From a virus, in the IMG/VR virus record IMGVR_UViG_3300027848_000009, positions 64,001 to 128,000 of that record: 64,000 bases of DNA; one strand, given 5' to 3'. Position numbers and translations under genes: made by a program. Position 1 is the first letter of the stretch. Each line of letters starts with the position of its first letter. Positions 19,023 through 28,517 of the stretch are shown one piece after another. The notes beneath the pieces are model-generated. The model had not been told where the DNA came from, ran no database searches, and saw only the letters and a program-made list of their open reading frames with translations.

Positions 19023-19523
19023 ATGACTACTAACCCGATTGAGGACGTGAAGACTCTTCGTCGCCTCATCATGACACTTGACAAAATCGTCACCGATTAC
19101 ATCGAGGGAGATCCGGACCCAGCCGAAGCAGCCGGTCTGTTCCTTGAAATGAACCTCGCAAAGCTCGACGTTTCATACCTGTATTCGTCCGTCGAGGGTC
19201 GATTGATCTCTCTCTTGAAGGACGACATCATGACGTTGCGTGACGGAGCCATAATCGAGCGCAGGACCGCTTCGTCTCGAACCAAATGGCAGCACAAAGA
19301 GATTGCGTCAGCCGTAGTTGACCGCATCATCCGCTCGTCCGTCGACGTCGATACCGGTGAAGTGATGCTCGCTCCGACGGATATCGCCATGAAAATTCTG
19401 GACTATGTCCAGCCTTCGTACTGGCGTGCAAAAAAACTCGGAGAAATTGGGATCAACCCAGACATGTACTGCGAGTCCGAACACAAAACCAACATCGTCG
19501 TTCGAAAGGGGAACGCAGAATGA
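19023..19523 (+). CDS. Hypothetical phage protein
   Basis: 166 aa, GGAG RBS, coupled to next gene. Confidence 0.75.
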   Translation: MTTNPIEDVKTLRRLIMTLDKIVTDYIEGDPDPAEAAGLFLEMNLAKLDVSYLYSSVEGRLISLLKDDIMTLRDGAIIERRTASSRTKWQHKEIASAVVDRIIRSSVDVDTGEVMLAPTDIAMKILDYVQPSYWRAKKLGEIGINPDMYCESEHKTNIVVRKGNAE

Positions 19524-20185
19524 CCGTCAGTCACCTACTCCAACAATTTTCGGAACCATTTCCGAAAGAAGTTGAACGAAGCCTCAAAAAGGGTGGAGTC
19601 AACCTCATCTACATCCCAGTCAGCGAAGTGATCACTCGCCTCAATAATGTTCTGGGTCCTGACAACTGGACCTCGGAAATCATCCGTTGCGAACGCGATT
19701 CGCTTGATCCCGAGTTCGTCGTCGCCCATGTCCGACTTGTCATAACATTCGAGGGCGAAGACGGCTTCCAGAAAATGGTTGCAAAGGATGGCGTCGGAGG
19801 TCAGAAGATTAAGCGCACGAAGCAGGGCGACATTGTCGACCTTGGTGACGAATTCAAGGGCGCTGTTTCCGATGCTCTCAAAAAAACCGCCCAGCAGTTA
19901 GGCATCGGTCTCTACCTTGCTCGCACCGGCGAGTCTCTAGCCATCGAAGTCGAAGCGTCGCGTCCTGTTATCGACGAAGCAACAGTTGAGTTGTGGACCA
20001 AATTCTTGGGCTACACGAAAGAGATGAACGCTGACCAAAAGGCCGAGTTGGGTAACGTTTGGTCGGAGTTCTCTGACGGAGCACCAAAACCGACCCTCGA
20101 TACGGCTACGGCAGAAGATTTGGAGTTCCTGATCGTTGAGTCCACCCGCATCTCGCTTGGGGGCGAATGGACTGAACAGGAATGA
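19520..20185 (+). CDS. Rad52/Sak-family single-strand annealing protein
   Basis: LIYIP..VITRLNNVLGPDNW, KGAVSDALKKTAQQLGIGLYL. Confidence 0.88.
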   Translation: MTVSHLLQQFSEPFPKEVERSLKKGGVNLIYIPVSEVITRLNNVLGPDNWTSEIIRCERDSLDPEFVVAHVRLVITFEGEDGFQKMVAKDGVGGQKIKRTKQGDIVDLGDEFKGAVSDALKKTAQQLGIGLYLARTGESLAIEVEASRPVIDEATVELWTKFLGYTKEMNADQKAELGNVWSEFSDGAPKPTLDTATAEDLEFLIVESTRISLGGEWTEQE

Positions 20186-20967
20186 CGAATTTGGTGGTCG
20201 AGCCACTCGTTCCCCCTCCGCATCTTTCTCCATCGTCAATGGGGACGTTCAATCAGTGCCCGCAGAAATTTAGGTACAGCAAGATTGAACAAATATCCGA
20301 TGAGCCAACTTCTGCAACCCTGATGGGCAACTTCGTACACGAAGTCCTCGAATATTTTTACGCCGCCCAAAGCGAACACAGGACAATCGGAACGCTTAAG
20401 ACTTTGGCGAGTACAACGTGGGAGAAGAGCGATTGGCTGGATCGAGTCACCCCTTGGATCGGCAATGACGCTGAAGTGATCAGAATGTTCCGTTGGAACT
20501 CTTGGTGGTGTCTGGAAAACATCTTCAAGGTCGAACAACCAGAGACCGTAGATCCAACCTATATCGAATACGAACTGAATGGCGATCTCGCAGGGGTGAG
20601 GTTGAAGGGATTCATTGACCGTCTGACGATCAACGACACAGAGACGGTCATCGCCGATTACAAGACAGGCAAAACTCCGCAACCGAAGTGGGTTGCCGAC
20701 AAGTTTTTGCAGTTGAAGATTTATGGTTCCCTAACTGTCGAACTTGGTGTTGGGCGACCCGATTATCTTTCCCTGTTGTATCTAAAAGACGGAACCCTTT
20801 TCCGTCACGAATTCACGGATGACGACATCGAGGAGACTCGCGTCTACGTCAGGACAACAAAAGATGCCATCGATAAGGCGTGCGCCACTCACGAGTTCGA
20901 AACCCGAAAGTCACGATTGTGTGACTGGTGCGCATACAAGCGCATCTGCCCAGCATGGAGACGTTAA
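20182..20967 (+). CDS. Cas4/RecB-like PD-(D/E)xK exonuclease
   Basis: LSPSS...CP, GNFVHEVLE, GFIDRL, IADYKTG, QLKIY, CDWCAYKRIC. Confidence 0.9.
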   Translation: MTNLVVEPLVPPPHLSPSSMGTFNQCPQKFRYSKIEQISDEPTSATLMGNFVHEVLEYFYAAQSEHRTIGTLKTLASTTWEKSDWLDRVTPWIGNDAEVIRMFRWNSWWCLENIFKVEQPETVDPTYIEYELNGDLAGVRLKGFIDRLTINDTETVIADYKTGKTPQPKWVADKFLQLKIYGSLTVELGVGRPDYLSLLYLKDGTLFRHEFTDDDIEETRVYVRTTKDAIDKACATHEFETRKSRLCDWCAYKRICPAWRR

Positions 20968-21470
20968 TGCTTACCGATGACATTTTTGCGCAGATGGTCG
21001 CCGAGGAAGTGAAGAACAAACTTACACCATCGCGAAGATCAGAGTTGATGCAAAAAGAGAATTGGGACAGGTGGAAGCGCGCCCTAGGAGGTCTCATGAA
21101 CAACATCAACGAACAGATCGACTCCCTAAAAATTGACGCCGAGGCGGACCATTCCCGCTATCGGGCAATGGGTAGCGATGGCAAGAATCTTGTGGAGATG
21201 GCGGAGGCTGCATATTCGCAGCGGTTAAAGAAAATCAATCGCTTTAGATTCCATGTAGAGAATCGTCTCGCTCAAGTTGACAGCATGATTCAGGGTAAGG
21301 GATTGGTTGAGGAGGCGTCATCTAATGATGTCGAGTTCTACAGGAACGCGATTGAAGAGCATCGAAAGCTGCTAGACCAGCACGACATAGAGGCAACGGC
21401 GGTGGATAAAGCCCTGTGGGCGGCTCTTGAGCGCAGATGGGAATTCGATCAGATTAAGGTGGATTGGTAA
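20967..21470 (+). CDS. Hypothetical helical protein
   Basis: ATG at 20967 overlaps previous TAA. Confidence 0.75.
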   Translation: MLTDDIFAQMVAEEVKNKLTPSRRSELMQKENWDRWKRALGGLMNNINEQIDSLKIDAEADHSRYRAMGSDGKNLVEMAEAAYSQRLKKINRFRFHVENRLAQVDSMIQGKGLVEEASSNDVEFYRNAIEEHRKLLDQHDIEATAVDKALWAALERRWEFDQIKVDW

Positions 21471-21823
21471 TGAAAAGAACTCCCTTGAATAAGAAATCCT
21501 CCCTAAAGCGAAGTGGCTTTTCTCGCCGCCGGAGCAAGAAAATGGAGGAGACTTACAAGGAGCGTCGAAAGCTGGTGGAACGCATGTTGGGCGAGCAGCC
21601 GTATTGCCAAGCGTGCCCTGTTTTCGCCAGACATGATGGAGTTGCTACATATGTCAGGAATGGGAGCGTTGACATCCATGAACTTGTTCGACGAAGTCAG
21701 GGTGGATCGATCTTGGATGAGTCGAACTGTATGGCTGTGTGTCGGCCTTGTCATATGCGTATTGGAAATAACCCACAACTTGCTTTCGATTTAGGTCTCG
21801 CTAAAAAGAGTTGGGAAAGATGA
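21470..21823 (+). CDS. HNH endonuclease
   Basis: CQAC, DIHE..RRSQGG, N...VCRPCH. Confidence 0.85.
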   Translation: MKRTPLNKKSSLKRSGFSRRRSKKMEETYKERRKLVERMLGEQPYCQACPVFARHDGVATYVRNGSVDIHELVRRSQGGSILDESNCMAVCRPCHMRIGNNPQLAFDLGLAKKSWER

Positions 21824-22332
21824 TTCCTTTAGGTATCGATCCTTCGCTTACGTCATCTGGTTTCTGTGTTGGGGACAAGATGTTTAGCTATAACCCTAAA
21901 ACGAAAGGCGTGGAGAGACTTATCGAGATCCGGGATTTGATGATTTCGCTGATCGAAGATGAATCTGTTGATGCCGTAGTAATCGAAGGTTACGCCTTTG
22001 GCGCACGCAACTCTCATGCGCATGGGCTTGGAGAACTTGGCGGAGTGCTGCGGGTTGCTGTACGCGAAGCAGATATTTGCTTGGTGGACGTCCCACCCAC
22101 TCTTCGCGCGAAGTTTGCTACTGGTAGAGGAAACGCAAGTAAATCTGAGGTCGTCAGCGCCGTTTCTGCTCGAACCGGAATCCTTTTCGAGGGCAGAGGC
22201 GCTGATGACATGTGTGACGCTTGGCTGTTTAGGGAGATGGCGTGGGCGGCGAAGGGTAGAAGCAAATATGAGTGGCCAAAACTGAACTTGGACGCTTTGG
22301 AAAAAATTGACTGGACCGAACTTCCATTTTAA
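21820..22332 (+). CDS. RuvC-like Holliday junction resolvase
   Basis: LGIDPSLTSSG, VVIEG, FATGRGNASK, DDMCDA. Confidence 0.9.
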   Translation: MIPLGIDPSLTSSGFCVGDKMFSYNPKTKGVERLIEIRDLMISLIEDESVDAVVIEGYAFGARNSHAHGLGELGGVLRVAVREADICLVDVPPTLRAKFATGRGNASKSEVVSAVSARTGILFEGRGADDMCDAWLFREMAWAAKGRSKYEWPKLNLDALEKIDWTELPF

Positions 22333-22340
22333 GGAGCATT

Positions 22341-22685
22341 ATGAACAGGCGATCACAACCTATTAGTCAAGTTGAGATTGAAGAAAGTCTTTTGCGTCTC
22401 GTAGACGATCTGGAAGATGAGACTGAAGCATTCGAAGTCCTCTCAGAAGATCTCGCAAAGAAAGAGTCGCTCTACAAAGCAAATTGGGCGAAAGAGTACC
22501 TTGGTGCAAAAGGCTCCATCAAGGAACGCGAGTCATGGGCTGATTACAAAATGGCTGACGCTCACTACGACTACAAGATTGCCGAGGCTCTACTGAAGGC
22601 AAAGCGTGAAAAATTGTTGTCGTTGCGGACGGCTATCGACGCCATGAGAACACTGAATGCAAATGTTCGCGCTCAGGTTGTGTGA
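22341..22685 (+). CDS. Hypothetical coiled-coil protein (weak resemblance to recombination mediators)
   Basis: 114 aa, AAGGAG RBS, helical. Confidence 0.65.
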   Translation: MNRRSQPISQVEIEESLLRLVDDLEDETEAFEVLSEDLAKKESLYKANWAKEYLGAKGSIKERESWADYKMADAHYDYKIAEALLKAKREKLLSLRTAIDAMRTLNANVRAQVV

Positions 22686-23302
22686 TGAGTTCTGATCGTT
22701 ACAACTCGTTCCCTATAGTGTCGCTGAATGGGTACGTTGCAGATTTAAGTTCCGGCTACGGCATCAAAAATGACGTAATTGTTTCTCAGATCATCGACTA
22801 TGACCAAGTGGTTGATCCAACCGGAAAGATGTCGCTAGAGAACAACCACACCTATTACGAGGACAACCTTCTCCCTGACACCGAAGAAATAGAGCATCTG
22901 AAGAGTGTCATCGTTGAAATCATGTCGGACATAACCGGGCGAGATTATCTGATCACCGAAAGTTGGTCGATCATTCTCGAATCGGGCCAATCGATATCCG
23001 CTCACTCTCATAACGTCCACGCCGCGGTCGACCTGAACGAATATTTCGCTTTTGCATACTATCCGTTCGCTCCCGCCGGGTCGTGCTCCCTGCAGTTTCT
23101 TTCGACCCACAGCAACACGATCAGCACGACTGTTTCAGCGGGAATCAAAACTGGGACTTTGTTGATCTTCAACTCCTACCTCCTCCACTGGACCAACCGT
23201 CAAATGGGTGGATCGGACAGGGTCAGCGTGAGTGGCAATCTTGCTCCAGTTTCCCCGACTACGGTGCCAATGGACGACTGGTCGAAATACTCTAAAGGAT
23301 AA
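22682..23302 (+). CDS. 2OG-Fe(II) oxygenase-like protein (HxH type)
   Basis: WSIILESGQSISAHSH, GTLLIFNSYLLHW, RVSVSGN. Confidence 0.8.
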   Translation: MMSSDRYNSFPIVSLNGYVADLSSGYGIKNDVIVSQIIDYDQVVDPTGKMSLENNHTYYEDNLLPDTEEIEHLKSVIVEIMSDITGRDYLITESWSIILESGQSISAHSHNVHAAVDLNEYFAFAYYPFAPAGSCSLQFLSTHSNTISTTVSAGIKTGTLLIFNSYLLHWTNRQMGGSDRVSVSGNLAPVSPTTVPMDDWSKYSKG

Positions 23303-23312
23303 ATACTTAGCC

Positions 23313-24098
23313 ATGATTGAAAACATCGATAAATCTCTCAAAAGTTTACTCGTCGACATCGACGGCCTTCGCCCCTTGGAAGGTAATCCTCGAAAGGGAA
23401 ACGTGGATGCGATCATGGCGTCGTACCGAGAGTTCGGTCAGATGAAACCCATCGTGATTCACGTAAGTGACGATGGTTCCAAAACCGTGAAAACCGTGAT
23501 TGCGGGCAACCATCAGTTGGAGGCGGCGCGACGACTGGGCTGGACGCAAATAGCGGCCGTCCAAATGGATGTCGATCCAGAAAAAGCCGTAGCGTTTGCT
23601 CTTGCTGACAATAGGACGACGGAAATGGGTCACAGCGATTCCGCTCTCGTCTACGATTTGATGCAGACGATTCAAGAGTCCGACTACGATGATCTTTTTG
23701 AAAATCTTGGGTGGGACGAATTCGAAATTGCTGTTCTCGAAGAATTTTCCTACAGCCAGTCAGGCGATGTTGCTTCCTCTGGCGGTTTCACGCCGCCGGT
23801 AATCACTGTTCCGGATCCCTTCCAGTTCAACGTTGAGCCCGCCGTTGACGGCGAGGAAGCGCGAATCGTTGCTGGCCCAGACGTCGACCACAAGCAGGTC
23901 GCGATTCAAGGGAGTACCGTGGCATCGCCGGGCTCTGCACCTCAAGCGGTCGTTCAATACACACTTGTTTTTGATGACCCGGCCCAGCAGCGACGATGGT
24001 ACGACTTTATTCGTTGGCTGCGGAACGACGTTGGTTACGACGGTGACACTACGGCTCAAAAAATAATTTCGTTCATCGATGCGCACTCGGAAGTGTGA
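23313..24098 (+). CDS. ParB/Srx-like N-terminal domain protein
   Basis: NPRKGNVDAI..S..EFGQMKPIV, IAGNHQLEAA, ALADNR. Confidence 0.88.
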   Translation: MIENIDKSLKSLLVDIDGLRPLEGNPRKGNVDAIMASYREFGQMKPIVIHVSDDGSKTVKTVIAGNHQLEAARRLGWTQIAAVQMDVDPEKAVAFALADNRTTEMGHSDSALVYDLMQTIQESDYDDLFENLGWDEFEIAVLEEFSYSQSGDVASSGGFTPPVITVPDPFQFNVEPAVDGEEARIVAGPDVDHKQVAIQGSTVASPGSAPQAVVQYTLVFDDPAQQRRWYDFIRWLRNDVGYDGDTTAQKIISFIDAHSEV

Positions 24099-24099
24099 T

Positions 24100-24219
24100 G
24101 TGGTTTACGAATATGGATTTGTTGAACTCGATGACGCGATGGCAGATGAAGCATTCTTCAAGAAAAAAACTCCGGTAACATTTGCATCTTGGGTGGGAAA
24201 CGGTACAGTTGGTCCATGA
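24100..24219 (+). CDS. Possible 39-aa small protein
   Basis: GTG..TGA fills the gap; stop overlaps next ATG (ATGA). Confidence 0.35.
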   Translation: MVYEYGFVELDDAMADEAFFKKKTPVTFASWVGNGTVGP

Positions 24220-25364
24220 CTCGACAGAGAATGTTCTTAGACATGAGTTGCGTAGACGCCGCTCGCGAGCGCATCCGTCACGTCTACGACACGTTCGACA
24301 CTGTCTGCGTCCAGTTTTCCGGAGGCAAAGATTCGACGGCTGTCCTGTACCTTGCCAAGGAGCTTCACGAAGAGCGTGGCCTCGGTCCGGTCAAGGTTAT
24401 TTTTAGAGACGAGGAGATGGTCTCGCCCGTCGTCCTTGATTACGTCGAAAAGGTACGCAACTTCGACTGGATTGACATGGAGTGGTACTGCCTCCCATAC
24501 GGAGCAGAGATCTGGGTTCTGGGCCGTCGCGAACCAATCCTTCTCTGGGACGAAAAACGCCGCAAAAACGGGCGCCTCGTGCGGGATTTCCCCGAAGGTG
24601 CAATTACTGGATACCACTTCGGTATTGATCACACCGAGGGCTTGCCTGAGTCGGTTGACTATTACACGATGCAGGGCAAAAAGGGTTCAACCGCATTCAT
24701 TACTGGCGTTCGCGCCGCGGAGTCAATGGTTCGCTATAGATCATGTGTTCAGAAGTTGCATGAAAATTACATCGTGAAGCCGTATCGGATGAAGAGCAGC
24801 ATTCCGATGAAATTTGCAAAGATTATCTACGACTGGAACACGAACGACGTTTTTAAATTCATCTCGGAAGAGCATGACGCCCCCTATTGTGAGTACTACG
24901 ACTTGGCGGCGATTACGGGGTCGAACACCAGAGTTGGCATCCCACTCCACTCCGTGGCAATCAGGAGAATCGGTGATCTCGTAGCGACTGAGCCAGATTT
25001 CTACGATCGGCTATGGGAGTGCTTCCCCCAGATCGACGCTCAGCGCAGATGGTGGAAGGATTATGACATCGAGGCTGTTATTGAGAACTATTCCCAGATG
25101 GGCTGGGATGGGGTCAAGCAGGTTATCGATACGTTAATGCTTGGATCCGCCGAGCGTTCGCGGGCGCAGGCGTATACGGCTGATTTTCGTCGCAAGCACG
25201 CTAAGGACCCATATTCGTATCCAATGAACTGGCTAATACGAAACCTGATACTGAATGAAATTACAGTTGCTGCTGCAGCGCCAGTAGGACCGGGGACGAG
25301 GGCCGATACCCTGCGTAAGAAGGCTCGTCAAAAACTAGCGGAAGAGCAAATTAATGCAAATTGA
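24216..25364 (+). CDS. PAPS reductase-like (PP-loop) protein, IbrA-like
   Basis: FSGGKDS, FRDEE, ITGVRAAESMVRY, IYDWNTNDVF. Confidence 0.88.
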   Translation: MTRQRMFLDMSCVDAARERIRHVYDTFDTVCVQFSGGKDSTAVLYLAKELHEERGLGPVKVIFRDEEMVSPVVLDYVEKVRNFDWIDMEWYCLPYGAEIWVLGRREPILLWDEKRRKNGRLVRDFPEGAITGYHFGIDHTEGLPESVDYYTMQGKKGSTAFITGVRAAESMVRYRSCVQKLHENYIVKPYRMKSSIPMKFAKIIYDWNTNDVFKFISEEHDAPYCEYYDLAAITGSNTRVGIPLHSVAIRRIGDLVATEPDFYDRLWECFPQIDAQRRWWKDYDIEAVIENYSQMGWDGVKQVIDTLMLGSAERSRAQAYTADFRRKHAKDPYSYPMNWLIRNLILNEITVAAAAPVGPGTRADTLRKKARQKLAEEQINAN

Positions 25365-25905
25365 AATGGTTCCAACCGAAGAGTTGAACATTCCATCTTG
25401 GAACGCAACACATATTCTTAGACCGGATCTTCTGGTTTTAGCGGAGTCGATGGCCACTGACGGAGCGCTTTCGCCCTTGATCGTTCAGCGTTCTGGCTCG
25501 AACATCATTGATGGCTCTCAACGGCTAAAGTTGATTCTTGGCAACAAGCACCTTTTAGAGATGTTTCCTGAGGTTCCGGTTCTCTGGAAAGATGTTTCAG
25601 ACACAAAGGCCATGGTTATGCACGTCCAACTCAATCGCGGTCGCGGTTCAGTTGTGGCGAAACGATTGTCGGCGATTGTTCGGACCTTGTTTCGCAGCCG
25701 GGCCATGAATGTTGTCGACTTTAAAAATAGTTTTTGCATGAAGGGCGATGAATTGGAACTGCTGCTTGATGGAACAATTCTCAAGCAGCGGAAAGTCGCA
25801 AACCATAGATATTCTCGTGCTTGGGTTCCCGTCGAAGCACCTCCGGGGACGATTGAGTCGGAAGGGTCCTTTAGGGCCGAGGTGCCTCCAAATCAGGACC
25901 GGTAA
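25354..25905 (+). CDS. ParB-like protein, IbrB-like
   Basis: WNA, PLIV, IIDGSQR, HVQLNRGRG, YSRAWVP. Confidence 0.8.
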   Translation: MQIEMVPTEELNIPSWNATHILRPDLLVLAESMATDGALSPLIVQRSGSNIIDGSQRLKLILGNKHLLEMFPEVPVLWKDVSDTKAMVMHVQLNRGRGSVVAKRLSAIVRTLFRSRAMNVVDFKNSFCMKGDELELLLDGTILKQRKVANHRYSRAWVPVEAPPGTIESEGSFRAEVPPNQDR

Positions 25906-25928
25906 AAACCCGACGAAGTCTTTATTGG

Positions 25929-25937
25929 TGCTACAAT
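25929..25937 (+). promoter_or_regulatory. Extended -10 promoter TGCTACAAT (start of neck/tail operon)
   Basis: TGn+TACAAT in intergenic gap; same 9-mer on the minus strand at 57984-57992. Confidence 0.65.
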
Positions 25938-25973
25938 TGGCATGTAACAACCACTTTTCGAAAGGGGTGCAAC

Positions 25974-26126
25974 ATGAATCAACCGAAGAAAAGAAGTCGA
26001 GCCTTTAGACGTTCTGGTAAAAAGCGTCGTGTAGCCCGCTCAATTCGTCAGCTTCTAACACGCAAGCTGACACGAGATAAACGGATTCGAGATATCGTCA
26101 AAAAACGTCGTTTGAAGATAGTCTAA
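25974..26126 (+). CDS. Very basic 50-aa protamine-like protein
   Basis: MNQPKKRSRAFRRSGKKRRVARSIRQLLTRKLTRDKRIRDIVKKRRLKIV; 23/50 K+R; GAAAGGGG RBS; not in ORF track. Confidence 0.7.
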   Translation: MNQPKKRSRAFRRSGKKRRVARSIRQLLTRKLTRDKRIRDIVKKRRLKIV

Positions 26127-26129
26127 TTT

Positions 26130-26756
26130 GTGCTCGTTTCAATTTACGATTTGACGACTTATATGGACATCACGTTTTCGCTGCGTCAACAAGATGCGGC
26201 GGAAATGGTGTTGGATGGTCTTCAGAGTGAAATGGAGACCTATCTTCGTCGCCCAATCGAGGCATCCAGTTCTGTAGAGGAGCACACGCTCGACAACAAC
26301 CATGTTGGCGTTCCGATGTCGTCGTTTTTCTACAATACGTCTCTTGGTGCGACGATGTCGCCGATCAGTTATACCCAGCCGCCCACCACCCTCTACCTTG
26401 CGAACACTCCGATTGTTGGCGTTTCTCAAGTTCGGATCAAGCAGAATCTCCAAACTGAGTGGGTTGTAATGGAGAACGAACGTGACTATGTCGTCCGGCG
26501 TTATGGTCTAGATTTATACAGAGGCTGGGCAGATGATCGCGTCGAGATCACCTACAGCGCCGGTCTAGATGGTGAAAATATCAAGGTTTTCAAGTTGATG
26601 ATCTTGCGTGCCGCTACTCGGGAAATGCAAAACATGCATGACGATGTCGTGGGCGTCAAAGATCTCGAACCAAGAAATGTTGCAGTCGCAGAAACTGGCT
26701 TCCTTGACAGAGAACTTATGATCTTGAAGAAGTATCGACGTGTGCGAGTTGGCTGA
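26130..26756 (+). CDS. Head-tail adaptor/neck protein
   Basis: METYLRR, VEITYSAG, ILKKYRR; position before tail genes. Confidence 0.7.
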   Translation: MLVSIYDLTTYMDITFSLRQQDAAEMVLDGLQSEMETYLRRPIEASSSVEEHTLDNNHVGVPMSSFFYNTSLGATMSPISYTQPPTTLYLANTPIVGVSQVRIKQNLQTEWVVMENERDYVVRRYGLDLYRGWADDRVEITYSAGLDGENIKVFKLMILRAATREMQNMHDDVVGVKDLEPRNVAVAETGFLDRELMILKKYRRVRVG

Positions 26757-27214
26757 TGGGTAAAATCCACATCGATCTCGATTGGGATCCGACGGACATG
26801 CGAGATCAGGTCACCGACATGGATGACAGATCTGACGAATTCAAACCTATTTTCCGAAAAATGCAGCGATACTTTGAAAACGAATGGTCTGAGAATATAA
26901 TGGCGAACGGCCTAAAAGTCGGTGGGTGGAAACCTCTCGATGCAGAATATGCTGCATGGAAATCTAAGCATGTTCCCGGCGCTCCACCCATGATCAGATC
27001 TGGATCCCTTTTCTCAAGCCTTCGAGACCTTCGCGGAGCCCCAAACGAAATAAACAAAACCTCAGCCACGTTCGGGACAAACATAAAATACGCCAAGTTC
27101 CATCAATACGGTACAACCAAAATGTCGAAGCGTGAAATTGTTTACGAACCAGTCGAGTTCCGCAGAGACTGGGGAGACAAGATCGCTAGATACATCGCGG
27201 ACGGGCAAGTCTAA
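26756..27214 (+). CDS. Virion morphogenesis / tail completion protein (Mu gpG-like)
   Basis: WKPL, IRSGSL, GTNIKYAKFHQYGT..MSKR. Confidence 0.85.
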   Translation: MGKIHIDLDWDPTDMRDQVTDMDDRSDEFKPIFRKMQRYFENEWSENIMANGLKVGGWKPLDAEYAAWKSKHVPGAPPMIRSGSLFSSLRDLRGAPNEINKTSATFGTNIKYAKFHQYGTTKMSKREIVYEPVEFRRDWGDKIARYIADGQV

Positions 27215-27813
27215 TGTTTCTCATGCATGGCGCACATTTCGCCAAATCCTATGTTTCAACATATCTTAATAACGATATTCCGACACGGATCGTCTCCTAT
27301 CGGAACGGATGGAACTTGGATAGCGAACAACTTCCTTCTCCGGAAAAATACCTCACGTACGAGCCGATAGCACTGGATGCGTGGCCAACGATTATCACGG
27401 TCGCAATCTCAATGTCTGGGATGGAGAGGGACGGCTGGTATAAAGGCAACCCTGAGTATCGGGTCAAATACAGTATGCGTACATACGTATGGGTGCGTGA
27501 CGAGGGCTCCGATGCAGCAACAATGATGCGCGACAGGTTGACGACAGTTGTTCGTTCTGCTCTTCTTGATCGCCCGTGCTTGAAGGCCACCGATCCTAGA
27601 GAAACTTTCATGGCGTTGATTGACGAGGGAACCTTGCGGGAGGAGTACTCGGACCTCACGCTCCTGAAGGGTGACAGGGTTCTCGCTGGGGCGTATCTTT
27701 CTTACGATCTTGAAATCAATGAGATCGTTGCTCGCGAGGACGTTGGGACCGTCTCCGAATTCCAGTTGATGGAAGTTGTTGCTGGCCCGACTGGGGGGGC
27801 GTTTGATTTATGA
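27214..27813 (+). CDS. Probable tail terminator/completion protein
   Basis: 199 aa between gpG-like gene and sheath. Confidence 0.5.
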   Translation: MFLMHGAHFAKSYVSTYLNNDIPTRIVSYRNGWNLDSEQLPSPEKYLTYEPIALDAWPTIITVAISMSGMERDGWYKGNPEYRVKYSMRTYVWVRDEGSDAATMMRDRLTTVVRSALLDRPCLKATDPRETFMALIDEGTLREEYSDLTLLKGDRVLAGAYLSYDLEINEIVAREDVGTVSEFQLMEVVAGPTGGAFDL

Positions 27814-28067
27814 GTGACTGTTCGTGCATCAAGTTGATGAATGGGCTTTCTGACGTGTTTGGCTTCGATCACGCACGACAGAATTGTTTCGTCATCGCAA
27901 ATTCAAGTCAAAACCCTGTTGAACTCTGCGGCGGTGGCCATAGCGCCGCACCCGGTGACATTTGGCTGATTTTTAAAGACGACTACGTATCTGGGGTTTC
28001 GAGTTCGAACTCGAAGGTGAAGGTTTTAGCAAAATTTGGCGCAAAATCCCAATTGCTCAAGTCCTAG
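27810..28067 (+). CDS. Hypothetical protein
   Basis: 85 aa, ATGA coupling. Confidence 0.55.
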   Translation: MSDCSCIKLMNGLSDVFGFDHARQNCFVIANSSQNPVELCGGGHSAAPGDIWLIFKDDYVSGVSSSNSKVKVLAKFGAKSQLLKS

Positions 28068-28084
28068 TACGGTACAATAAATAG

Positions 28085-28432
28085 ATGGCGAAAAATATTT
28101 TCAAACAGGTCTCTAAAGCTGAGTGCCTTGCAGCAGCAGCAGAGGGAAATATTGGTATCTGCAATTTGACGTCACAAAAAGTCGAAATCGACGATGAAGG
28201 CCATTTCGTCGAGGCGCGAGGTCACGCAATCGTTGGCAAAACGAACCCGATGATTGAAGTTCTTTCCGCTAGGGGAACCATCGCAGTCAACGAAAAGAAG
28301 GCCGAGGATTCGAAAAAAGTCTTCAAGTCTTCCAAGCGGACTGATACAAAGGAATTGGAAGTAGAAAGTGCGGTTGAAGACGATCCCGCAATTTCCGAGG
28401 AAGAAGTATCGTCAAAGATCGATAACGTCTGA
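28085..28432 (+). CDS. Hypothetical protein (leaderless start)
   Basis: TACAAT 6 nt before ATG; N-terminal half resembles the preceding ORF. Confidence 0.65.
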   Translation: MAKNIFKQVSKAECLAAAAEGNIGICNLTSQKVEIDDEGHFVEARGHAIVGKTNPMIEVLSARGTIAVNEKKAEDSKKVFKSSKRTDTKELEVESAVEDDPAISEEEVSSKIDNV

Positions 28433-28517
28433 TAATCTATAAGTGACAGTTCAGTTTCAGAGCATAAAGTTCTGAAACTTAAATCAGTCGCCAGCAAACG
28501 GAAGAAAAGGAAGCCCT

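Noticed and set aside
20182-20967. CRISPR-associated cas4
   Set aside because: No cas1/cas2 or array; it sits beside a Sak annealase as a phage exonuclease
24216-25364. cysH sulfur-assimilation gene
   Set aside because: IbrA-like length and motifs with ParB partners; no C-terminal ECG motif or other cys genes
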